60,480 nucleotides of DNA from a virus. Taxonomy: Duplodnaviria > Caudoviricetes. Below are positions 28,204 to 37,268 of this stretch, piece by piece. The translations under genes were made by a program, and so were the position numbers. Under the pieces are notes generated by a model. The model searched no databases, had not been told where the DNA came from, and worked only from the letters and a program-made list of their open reading frames with translations. Every line of letters begins with the position of its first letter. The stretch's first letter is position 1. The stretch is from IMG/VR virus record IMGVR_UViG_3300025392_000294, positions 1 through 60,480 of that record. One strand, 5' to 3'.

Positions 28204-28786
28204 GAAGCTCCATGCTCTGGGAATAGGTGCGGAATGGTCGGAACCGTTGACTACAACTTTTGCTACGTTTGGGATGAATGATGTCAATAAACAGGCAGCT
28301 TTTATCGGACAGTGCGCTCATGAGTGCGGTCACTTCAAAAAACTGGAAGAAAACCTTAACTACTCAGTCGAAACCCTTCAAAAACTCTTTGGACATAAAT
28401 TCAAGCCGGGAGAAATTGAAGTTTACGCTCACCATCCAGAGAAAATTGCCAATCGGATTTATTCAAACAAAATGGGAAATCGGGATGAATCCTCTGGAGA
28501 CGGATGGAGGTTCCACGGGCGTGGATGTATACAGTTAACAGGGCATGATAACTATTGGCATTTTGGCAAATCCGTTGGTCAGGACTTTGTGACAAACCCG
28601 CAACTTGTTGCAACCTCTATGTATGCCGCCCTCTCTGCTGGGTGGTTCTGGAAGACGCATGGATGTAACGATCTAGCCGAGGCGCAAAATTGGACGGGAT
28701 TGACAAAACGCATCAACGGCGGTACATTTGGTCTTGATGAACGCATTAAATTGACTCAACACGCGCTTTCCGTTCTGGGCGCTTAA
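28190..28786 (+). CDS. Endolysin, glycoside hydrolase family 19
   Basis: AAFIGQCAHEC, LEENLNYS, GRGCIQLTG..NY, TKRINGG..GL.ER. Confidence 0.9.
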   Translation: MLSPEKLHALGIGAEWSEPLTTTFATFGMNDVNKQAAFIGQCAHECGHFKKLEENLNYSVETLQKLFGHKFKPGEIEVYAHHPEKIANRIYSNKMGNRDESSGDGWRFHGRGCIQLTGHDNYWHFGKSVGQDFVTNPQLVATSMYAALSAGWFWKTHGCNDLAEAQNWTGLTKRINGGTFGLDERIKLTQHALSVLGA

Positions 28787-28798
28787 TAGCATAGACGT

Positions 28799-30907
28799 AT
28801 GCCACTAATTAAGCCCGTATTCAGACCTGGAGTTAACCGCGAGAACACCCAGTATTATACTGAAGGTGGGTGGTATCAGTCCGACAAAATCAGGTTTAGG
28901 CAAGGTAGTCCAGAGAAGATTGGTGGTTGGACGCAGTATTCAGCCGCTACATTTTTAGGCGTTTGTCGCACTCTCTGGAATTGGATAACGTTAGCCCAAC
29001 AAAACTTTGTAGCCCTTGGAACCAACTTAAAGTTCTACGTTACAACTGGCGGGGCTTATTACGACATCACCCCCGTCCGCAAGGTCAGCACGCTGACATC
29101 GCCTTTTACAGCCGTGGCTGGTAGCACCAATATCACGGTGACAGCTACTGCACACGGCGCTCTCCTGGGGGATTTTGTAACGTTTAGCGGTGCCACAGGG
29201 CTGGGTGGAAACATCACCTCTGGGGTGCTGAATCAACAGTATCAGATCACAAGCGTTGCCACCAATTCGTTTACCTTTACAGCCACGGCAACAGCCAACT
29301 CTACAGATGCATCGGGCTCTCCGGGCGGCGGCACTGTAACGGCTACATATCAAATTAACACCGGCCCTGCTATCCAAACGCCTTTTAACGGCTGGGGAGC
29401 TGGGTCTTGGGGATCAGGAGCTTGGGGAAGTGGCGGTACAACGAACGTCAGTCTACAGATTTGGAATGCCTACAACTATGGCGAGAACTTGATTTACGGG
29501 CCAATCGGTGCGGCTATTTATTACTGGCAACCAGCCGTCAACACCGTCAGTAATCCTGGCGTTTTGTTGAGCTCATTGGGTGGATCGGTAACTGTCACCA
29601 GTGCCAGCCCAGGATTAATCACTGCCAGCGGTGTATCCCTGCCCAACAATTCGAGCATTCAGCTTAATGCAACGTCCATGCCAACGGGTCTAACTGCCAA
29701 TACAACGTACTATGTAACCAACTCAACAGGTACAACGTTTAATTTGGCGGCAACAGTGGGAGGCTCACCCATCAACACGTCGAGTACAGGTACAGGCGTT
29801 TACATCTCTAATTTGGTGGATGTACCGATTTATCAGAATGCCTTGACTGTATCGGACAGCTCACGGTTTGTGATTGTCTTTGGGACAAATACTTACCAGT
29901 CTACGGTGCTCGATCCCATGTTGATTCGCTGGTCAGATCAAGCCAATCCCTTGGTTTGGTATCCAGACATCACCAATCAAGCTGGCAGTGTTAGGCTTTC
30001 ACACGGCTCACAGATTATCACAACCATACAGACTCGACAAGAGATTGTGGTTTTGACGGATCAGGCCATCTATTCTTTGCAATATGTTGGACCACCTTTT
30101 GTTTGGGCGACGCAATTATTGGGCTCAACCATCTCCATCATTGGTCCTAACGCCGCAACTTATGCCAATGGTGTTGTGTACTGGATGGGCGTTGATAAGT
30201 TCTACATGTATGACGGCCGGCTCCAGACGCTCAATTGCGATTTACGCCGCTTTGTGTTCCAAAACCTCAACATACAACAGAATCAACAGGTTTATTGCAG
30301 CACGGTTGAAGGCTTCAACGAGGTCTGGTGGTTCTATTGCACCGGCGAAAACACAAATCCTGACAGTTATGTTGTTTACAACTATATTGAAAAAATCTGG
30401 TACTACGGCACACTCAACCGCACGGCATGGCTTGACACCACCCTACAGTCAAATCCTATTGGCGCCAGCTACAACGCATCAGCCGCTACGGGTCTATTGT
30501 TGAATCAAGAAAGCGGTGTAGACGACGTATCTAGCGGCACTCCTGTAGCCATCGATGCGTATATCCAGTCTTCCGAGTTTGATATTCAGCAAGGAGATCA
30601 CTTCTCTTTTGTCTGGAGGATGCTACCGGACTTGACTTTCAGCGGGTCAAACACCAGCGCCACAACTCCACAGGCGACCATGACGCTGTATCCTTTGCAG
30701 AACTCAGGCTCTGGTACAGGCACAGGCAATACCGATAAAGTGACCTATCAAGGCTCGAGCTATACCGTGACAGACAAGTTTACGGGTATTGTGTACACAA
30801 GGATTCGCGGTCGTCAGTTAATCTTCAAGATGGAATCTAACCAGGTTGGCACGACGTGGCAGCTCGGTGCGGTACGTTTTGACGTTCGTTTGGATGGAAG
30901 AAGATGA
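28799..30907 (+). CDS. Tail nozzle / stabilisation protein (P22 gp10, tubular B-like)
   Basis: PGVNRENT, IRWSDQ, beta-propeller repeats, C-terminal DGRR. Confidence 0.75.
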   Translation: MPLIKPVFRPGVNRENTQYYTEGGWYQSDKIRFRQGSPEKIGGWTQYSAATFLGVCRTLWNWITLAQQNFVALGTNLKFYVTTGGAYYDITPVRKVSTLTSPFTAVAGSTNITVTATAHGALLGDFVTFSGATGLGGNITSGVLNQQYQITSVATNSFTFTATATANSTDASGSPGGGTVTATYQINTGPAIQTPFNGWGAGSWGSGAWGSGGTTNVSLQIWNAYNYGENLIYGPIGAAIYYWQPAVNTVSNPGVLLSSLGGSVTVTSASPGLITASGVSLPNNSSIQLNATSMPTGLTANTTYYVTNSTGTTFNLAATVGGSPINTSSTGTGVYISNLVDVPIYQNALTVSDSSRFVIVFGTNTYQSTVLDPMLIRWSDQANPLVWYPDITNQAGSVRLSHGSQIITTIQTRQEIVVLTDQAIYSLQYVGPPFVWATQLLGSTISIIGPNAATYANGVVYWMGVDKFYMYDGRLQTLNCDLRRFVFQNLNIQQNQQVYCSTVEGFNEVWWFYCTGENTNPDSYVVYNYIEKIWYYGTLNRTAWLDTTLQSNPIGASYNASAATGLLLNQESGVDDVSSGTPVAIDAYIQSSEFDIQQGDHFSFVWRMLPDLTFSGSNTSATTPQATMTLYPLQNSGSGTGTGNTDKVTYQGSSYTVTDKFTGIVYTRIRGRQLIFKMESNQVGTTWQLGAVRFDVRLDGRR

Positions 30908-31092
30908 CAATACCTACAAATCCTGCTGTACCCAACATGCCGTTGGCCACCGATGAATATGAACGCCTGTACATGGACAAGCTGACCAACGTATTGCGTT
31001 TGTACTTTAACCAGTTAAACGCAATGAACGCCACAGAGCTATCTCAGATTTCCACCAATCAAGTGATGGGCTGGCTGAACACAACACTATGA
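30904..31092 (+). CDS. Small virion-module protein
   Basis: P.MPLA..EY...NVLRLYFNQL. Confidence 0.6.
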   Translation: MTIPTNPAVPNMPLATDEYERLYMDKLTNVLRLYFNQLNAMNATELSQISTNQVMGWLNTTL

Positions 31093-31427
31093 GTAACTAC
31101 CAAAACGTCACCCCAAACCAGCTCGGTCAAGCCGCGCTGACGACCAGTTACGCCACCATCTATACGGTGCCGGCCAATACAAGAACGTACTTGAAAGACA
31201 TGGACATTTGCAATACCACCGCAGGTTCGCTCAATGTATTTGTGTCTGTTGTGGCCAGTAGCGGAACTGCGGGCACAGCCAATTCTATCTTCTATACCAC
31301 GCCTGTACCGGCCTATTCAACATTGCAATGGTCTGGCACTCAAGTCATGTTGCCAGGCGTCACCCTCCAGGCCAAAGGTTCTGGAACAGGGTTAACCCTT
31401 ACAGTCAGTGGAGGGGAGGCAGTATGA
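31089..31427 (+). CDS. Small beta-rich virion protein
   Basis: TIYTVPA.T...ICNT; ATGA overlaps. Confidence 0.6.
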   Translation: MSNYQNVTPNQLGQAALTTSYATIYTVPANTRTYLKDMDICNTTAGSLNVFVSVVASSGTAGTANSIFYTTPVPAYSTLQWSGTQVMLPGVTLQAKGSGTGLTLTVSGGEAV

Positions 31428-32236
31428 CTATTGTTGTCTATCCAAACGTTGGCTCCAGCGGAAATCCAAGCACAGCCATCATTGACAACGAAAGTTCTTT
31501 GGCTTTACCTCCTTATATGCAGGTATCAAGAGGGCTTGTATCTGGCACATCGGTGGTTAATATTTACGGATTCCAAAACGCTTTACCAAACTCAAGCGCT
31601 GCAACTTTTTATCCTGTTTGGGAAAATGCAAACGCATATCCATCTTATCCATCTACAGCCATACAGATGTGGATTTTGAGCTCTTCATCTTCTGATACGG
31701 CCGTACAAGTCATCATATCTGGATTAGATTCAAGCTATAACCCAATAAGCGAAACCATAACTACCAATGGCACAACTCACGTTGCCACTGCCAACAAGTA
31801 TTTAAGAATTAATGGGATGCAAATAACGGGTACTGTTAATGCTGTTGGAACTATTAATGTTGTTGATTCAGCAACCACAACAACCAATCAGTATGGAGAA
31901 ATTATGGCGGGATCTGGAAAAAGCCAGGCCATGATTTATACGGTTCCAAATGGTTATATTTTTTACTTAACTCGATCTAACGCGTATTCAAATCAAAGCG
32001 GCAACACAATTAACAACTATTGTGTGTATCGGGTTTGGACTCAATCCAACACTGGAATAATTCAAGTCTTATTACAGGCGCCATTTACAAACTCATATCA
32101 AACGATTAGGGTTGCGCCACGCGCTTATGCGGCTAAAACGGATATTCAATGGCAAGCTGCTGGTGGACCATCTTCTGGTACATCTTCCGTTGGCATTGGT
32201 GTAGAAGGCATTTTAATTGCCACTGGTACCCCATAA
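31424..32236 (+). CDS. Virion structural protein
   Basis: QVSRG.V.G, SSS.SDT, YTVPNG. Confidence 0.6.
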   Translation: MTIVVYPNVGSSGNPSTAIIDNESSLALPPYMQVSRGLVSGTSVVNIYGFQNALPNSSAATFYPVWENANAYPSYPSTAIQMWILSSSSSDTAVQVIISGLDSSYNPISETITTNGTTHVATANKYLRINGMQITGTVNAVGTINVVDSATTTTNQYGEIMAGSGKSQAMIYTVPNGYIFYLTRSNAYSNQSGNTINNYCVYRVWTQSNTGIIQVLLQAPFTNSYQTIRVAPRAYAAKTDIQWQAAGGPSSGTSSVGIGVEGILIATGTP

Positions 32237-32267
32237 TGGTAAACTTTAACATATTCTTGGAGCAAAT

Positions 32268-34763
32268 ATGAGCTTCTTAGCAGACCCAATAGGCAATATA
32301 TCCGGCGCTATCCACGACGTGGGCAAAAGTTCTATCGGTAAAATGGCCGAAGCCGCGGCATTAGCGTATTTTCTTGGCCCTGCTGGCGAAGGATTGATGG
32401 GTGCCGATACTGCTTTGGGTGTAGGCGGCGGTCTTACGACCCTGCTAAACGGCGGCAATCTGCAAGATTCCATCAAAAGCGGTGTGATGGCTTATGGAAT
32501 AGGTCAACTAACTGGCGCTGGACAAGCTATCGGCGATACAGCAATTCCTGGCGGAGCGCCCGTTGAAGAACGTATTCCAACGCAAGTGGGGGAGCCCCCT
32601 GTTGTTGCACAAACCGCGGCAACTGCTCCACTAGCATCTCAAACAAGCTTTAGTCCACCTGCTGGCCCACCCATTAGCTCTGAAGACTGGGCAATGAATG
32701 CCAAGTATGGGGACATGACGGCTGCACCGCCTCCGGCCAGTCCAAATGTTGTGACCAACTCTATTCCTGCGGCGCCCTCTATTGCAGATCAAAATGCCGC
32801 TCAAGCATTCAATGAAACATCACCGGGCTACGGTAATAAGGGGCCAAATGCACCTATAACTCCATCTGGATTTAAGTTCCCAACAAGTTGGGCTGACCTT
32901 AAAGAATTGTACAAAAATGCATCGCCTTATGAGGTGGCTGGTGCTGGCGCTCTGGGGATTGCTGCTCTCAAGGCTGCCGCCAAACCCAATTCTGTGTCTG
33001 CTGCAAAGATACCCACGCAATACATTAATCGATACAACTACAACCCTTACACGCAACAAATGTCGATTGCGTCTAGAACACCGGCTTGTCAGTACAATGG
33101 CGCTACAGGCGGTCTTGTTGCGCTTGCAGGCGGCGGCTCAATCAAGCATTACGACGGAACTGACGGCAGCGTTGTTACTTCTAGTGCTCCAGCTTATACG
33201 TCTTACACGCCCGATCAAGTCACCAATTACATCCAGACAAGCGGTATTGACTTATCAAACCCCAATGCGGTCAATGCGGCGCTATCTCAAGCGCACATGG
33301 ATCCTGCGGCATATGCATCGTACCTAACGTCTGCAAACAACCCGTTTGCTGTTAAGACTTTAGAGAATCCAACAGCGGCTAGCGTTGCCAGTTTTGACAA
33401 ATCTTTGGGTGCAACTCCATCGCCTGATGCTCTTACAGACATTAGAAACGCTGTTGTGACCGCTCAAAATACTGTTGGTGGCCCTAATTCGGCCGCCAAT
33501 ATGCCAGCCAATACTCAAATTGCTAAAGAGATGGATGCGTTTCATGTAGATCCCGGCACTATGGGAACTGCTGTTGGCATGACTAAAGACCAAATCCAAG
33601 CAATCTATAACCAGGTTAATCCTTGTGGCCCCTATTCAACTGTTAAGAAGGGTATTGCTTCGCTTCAACCTGGCACGCAATACACAGGAACGGGCACAGG
33701 CAACACAATCATTACGCCAACAGATGTCACGCCCATAAACACAGCTCCGTCCACAACGTTGGCCGGCGGTGTTGGTGGCAACACTGGAGCAGGACAAGTT
33801 GGCGGCGGAACCGTGATCAACCCCAACGGAACAATCACAAGCTCCCCAAGAATTCCCGATATTCCTGTTGGTGGATTTACCGGCATGACGCAGCTTAAAG
33901 ACGCGTACACAAAGGGTGGTGGAAGTTTGGGATACACAAACCCAGCCCCCGCAAGCATGGATGAATTCAACAAAGAATTCAACACCATGAAGGGTGGATC
34001 TGCGGCCGCATATGACTTCTTGACCGGTAAAACAACGCAACCCAAAATACCTTATACGTCTACAGGTCAGATTGCTATTCCTTACGCCACATCTGTGATG
34101 GGATCAACCGCATACGTTAAAGACCCATCGGGTCATTATGTGCTCGGTCAAGTCACGCCTACGGACAAAACAGGCAATCCTATTACAGACGCCAAGGGAC
34201 TGCCCGTCACTGCCCATCTTGATCCGGCATCAGGATACTACGTTTATAACGATACCTATTACGATCAGAGTGGAAGAGCTGCGGCAAACACTGCCACAAC
34301 AATTACCACGCAGTCTGGTGAAAAGGCAACCCTTGATCCAGCTTTGAATTTATATGTCGACTCCAAGGGAAATCAATATAACGTTGATGGAACTCCGTAC
34401 GCGCCAGGAACAGCCGCCAAAGCTGGTGGTTTAATGGGTGTGCACATGGCAATGGGCGGTATGACTGTTGGTCATCTAGGAGGATACTCAGATGGTGGAC
34501 GTTTACTACGCGGCCCGGGTGATGGCGTCTCGGATTCGATACCTGCTACTATTGGTACTCATGAGCCTGAGCCTGCTCGCCTTGCTGACGGTGAGTTTGT
34601 GGTTCCTGCTCGGATCGTCTCCGAACTTGGTAATGGCTCCACTGAAGCAGGCGCTCGACAGCTTTACAAAATGATGTCCCGCATTCAGCATGCGCGTTCC
34701 AAAACGACTGGTAAAGACGCAGTAGCGAACAATACCAATTCGGCTCAATATTTACCTGCATAA
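32268..34763 (+). CDS. Internal virion (ejection) protein
   Basis: A/G/P/T-rich; C-terminal GPGDGVSDSIPA...ARLADGEFVVPA module. Confidence 0.65.
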   Translation: MSFLADPIGNISGAIHDVGKSSIGKMAEAAALAYFLGPAGEGLMGADTALGVGGGLTTLLNGGNLQDSIKSGVMAYGIGQLTGAGQAIGDTAIPGGAPVEERIPTQVGEPPVVAQTAATAPLASQTSFSPPAGPPISSEDWAMNAKYGDMTAAPPPASPNVVTNSIPAAPSIADQNAAQAFNETSPGYGNKGPNAPITPSGFKFPTSWADLKELYKNASPYEVAGAGALGIAALKAAAKPNSVSAAKIPTQYINRYNYNPYTQQMSIASRTPACQYNGATGGLVALAGGGSIKHYDGTDGSVVTSSAPAYTSYTPDQVTNYIQTSGIDLSNPNAVNAALSQAHMDPAAYASYLTSANNPFAVKTLENPTAASVASFDKSLGATPSPDALTDIRNAVVTAQNTVGGPNSAANMPANTQIAKEMDAFHVDPGTMGTAVGMTKDQIQAIYNQVNPCGPYSTVKKGIASLQPGTQYTGTGTGNTIITPTDVTPINTAPSTTLAGGVGGNTGAGQVGGGTVINPNGTITSSPRIPDIPVGGFTGMTQLKDAYTKGGGSLGYTNPAPASMDEFNKEFNTMKGGSAAAYDFLTGKTTQPKIPYTSTGQIAIPYATSVMGSTAYVKDPSGHYVLGQVTPTDKTGNPITDAKGLPVTAHLDPASGYYVYNDTYYDQSGRAAANTATTITTQSGEKATLDPALNLYVDSKGNQYNVDGTPYAPGTAAKAGGLMGVHMAMGGMTVGHLGGYSDGGRLLRGPGDGVSDSIPATIGTHEPEPARLADGEFVVPARIVSELGNGSTEAGARQLYKMMSRIQHARSKTTGKDAVANNTNSAQYLPA

Positions 34764-34773
34764 GGAATTAATC

Positions 34774-35832
34774 ATGGCTTGCGGTCCACAATCAGTCAAT
34801 TACAACACAATCACGATACCCTGCTATGCCGCACCTTGCGTGCAAAATATGCTGGGCAAAGCCAACAGGTTGACATGCTTTAGCGCAAACCCATACATGC
34901 AGTATCAAGGCTGTACTGTTGCGCAATTTTCACCTCTTCAGAACCAGGCTTTCAAAAATGCTGCAATGATGCGGTCTGCTCCCCAGTTGCAGTGCGCGTC
35001 TGCGCTGGCTGGACAGGCTGGTCTAGGTGCTATTAATACAGGTTATACCTACAACCCCTACCAAGCCCAGCAAGGATTGGCCACAAACGCGGCAACAGGC
35101 AAGAGCAACATTGGCTCTTACATGAATCCCTATTTGAACTGCGCATTGGCTCCTCAGCTCAAGTTGATGCAACAGCAACAAGGTCAACAACAAGCACAAA
35201 ATCAAGCTCAAGCTGTTGGATACGGCGCGTTTGGTGGCGCTCGTTGTGCAGTATTGACTGGCGCTCAAAATCAAGCCAACCAATTGGCCCAACAAAATCT
35301 TGTGGGCAATGCCTATAACCAGGCTTACAAATGCGCTCAAGGTGCGTTTACAGCCCAACAAGGCGCTTGCCAGGCGGCCGCCAACCTTAACGCACAGCAA
35401 GGTCAGTTTGGCGCCAATCTCGGCCTACAAGGTCTCAATACAGCCAACACAGCGGCCAATACATTGGGTACATTGGGTAATGCCCAGTACAACCAGAATT
35501 TGGGTATCACTGGATTGCAGGCCACAATGGGCGGCACACAACAGCAGCAAACTCAGAATGTGCTCAATCAGCAGTACCAGTGTTTCCTGAACTATCAGAA
35601 CTATCCATATCAGCAGTTGAGTTTCGAGTCCAACTTGTTGAGGGGTCTGCCTATGACCAACACAACCAGTCAGACATACACCGCTCCACCGAGCATGTTG
35701 TCTCAGGTAGCGGGTCTGGGATTGACTGCCGCGGGCTTAGGCGCGTTTAAGTCTAATGCCAAGGGCGGCGCAATTAAAGAGAAGAAATCAAACGGGATTG
35801 TGTGTATAGCGTTATCTAAAATGGGGGCATGA
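34774..35832 (+). CDS. Internal virion (DNA pilot/ejection) protein, Asp-free and Cys-rich
   Basis: Q/A/G/N-rich; YMNPY and GAFGG motifs; 0 Asp, 2 Glu, 12 Cys. Confidence 0.7.
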   Translation: MACGPQSVNYNTITIPCYAAPCVQNMLGKANRLTCFSANPYMQYQGCTVAQFSPLQNQAFKNAAMMRSAPQLQCASALAGQAGLGAINTGYTYNPYQAQQGLATNAATGKSNIGSYMNPYLNCALAPQLKLMQQQQGQQQAQNQAQAVGYGAFGGARCAVLTGAQNQANQLAQQNLVGNAYNQAYKCAQGAFTAQQGACQAAANLNAQQGQFGANLGLQGLNTANTAANTLGTLGNAQYNQNLGITGLQATMGGTQQQQTQNVLNQQYQCFLNYQNYPYQQLSFESNLLRGLPMTNTTSQTYTAPPSMLSQVAGLGLTAAGLGAFKSNAKGGAIKEKKSNGIVCIALSKMGA

Positions 35833-37259
35833 TGAGTATTGCACCACAAAGCGTTAGTTCTAATCTCCGGATGATGTCCGATGCACAGCTGGCGCAGTAC
35901 GCCCAGATGCATCAGCACGACCCTTACATCTTCCCTCTTGCTTTTCAAGAGAGTCAAGACCGCAAAAACATGCGTTCTGAAGCAATGGCAAAGCAGTCTG
36001 GTCAAGCTCAACCGCCTGTTGTGCAGCAAGACTTAGCGCAGATGATGCCCCAACAAGCGCCCCAACAAGCGCCTCAACAGCCCCAACAAGTTGCCCAGTT
36101 GCCCGAAGAACAAGGGATTGGCGCATTGCCCGCTCAGAATCTTCAGCGCATGGCTGGGGGTGGAATTACAGGCGAGCAGCATTATGCTGACAAAGGTCTT
36201 GTTCAGCCGGTTTATGGATATACAGCCACGACAGCTGCTGATTTGCCAAAAAATGTAACGCCTGAACAGGTGGCGGAATACACCAAGAAAATGCAACAAT
36301 CAGCAGAAGAAGGGGCCGCACCAGAGCAAGCCAAAACTGCCGCTTTGTTTGATCCATACATTCAGAAGCTAAAAGGCAAGCAAGCTGACATTGACGAGAA
36401 AAAGAACACCAACACCCAGATGGCTTTGCTACAAGCTGGCCTTGGTATGCTTGGCGGGACATCTCCTTATGCTTTTGCCAATATAGCCAAAGGCGGACAA
36501 GAGGGTGTAGCCGCTTATGTGTCAGGCAAAAAATCCATTCAAGACTCACAAGACTTGCTCGATCATTCCCAATTCCTGGCAGAGCAAGCTAAGAATTCCG
36601 CTCTCAAGGGTGATGTTAAAGATCAAGCCACTTTCCAAAATGCAGCGGTAGCCAACTTAATGGCCGGCAAAAATCTTGAATATCACGGTCTTCAAATACT
36701 TAACTCTTCCAAAGCGGAAGAAGGCAAGTTACGGGCCGAGCAAGAAAGCAATAGTCTTAAACGCAGTCAATTGGGAATTGAGGCTGGAAAGGCCGAGTCG
36801 TTAAAAGGTTTACAAGACGCCGAAAGACAAGTGTGGCTCAGTAAAATCCCAACCGCTGAACAGACAAAAGTTCTGAATGTTCAAAAGATTGTTGACCGTG
36901 CTATTGCACCCATCCGCACTCAACAGGCAAAATTGTCTACACCAGGAACAGAGCAGTGGGATAAATACGAAAAGCAAATCCATCAAGTTGGATTACCAAT
37001 TTGGCAAAAGCATGGAATTGAGCCGCCTCCGGAAGTTGGAGCATCATACGTTCCTCCAGAGGAAGAGGGTCATCCCATTGCAGATTTTTTTAGTGGGTTA
37101 AATCCTTTTCCCTCTAAACCAGCGGGACTGCCTACACTGGTTCCTAATGCGCCCCAAACAATTCCTGGTCCAGTGCCTGGAGGCCCACCATCATCTAATC
37201 AGATGACAAGAAATCCACCTGGAGTAAAATTCTTAGGTTTTGAGCCATCGCCTCAATAA
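35829..37259 (+). CDS. Internal virion (ejection) protein
   Basis: MAGGG; ALLQAGLGMLGGTSPYAFANI; coiled coil. Confidence 0.65.
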   Translation: MMSIAPQSVSSNLRMMSDAQLAQYAQMHQHDPYIFPLAFQESQDRKNMRSEAMAKQSGQAQPPVVQQDLAQMMPQQAPQQAPQQPQQVAQLPEEQGIGALPAQNLQRMAGGGITGEQHYADKGLVQPVYGYTATTAADLPKNVTPEQVAEYTKKMQQSAEEGAAPEQAKTAALFDPYIQKLKGKQADIDEKKNTNTQMALLQAGLGMLGGTSPYAFANIAKGGQEGVAAYVSGKKSIQDSQDLLDHSQFLAEQAKNSALKGDVKDQATFQNAAVANLMAGKNLEYHGLQILNSSKAEEGKLRAEQESNSLKRSQLGIEAGKAESLKGLQDAERQVWLSKIPTAEQTKVLNVQKIVDRAIAPIRTQQAKLSTPGTEQWDKYEKQIHQVGLPIWQKHGIEPPPEVGASYVPPEEEGHPIADFFSGLNPFPSKPAGLPTLVPNAPQTIPGPVPGGPPSSNQMTRNPPGVKFLGFEPSPQ

Positions 37260-37268
37260 GGATATAAC

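Noticed and set aside
34774-35832. Genome-wide reassignment of Cys codons to Asp
   Set aside because: Zn-ribbon and enzyme Cys motifs elsewhere use TGY normally and other proteins use GAY Asp at normal levels; the effect is protein-specific
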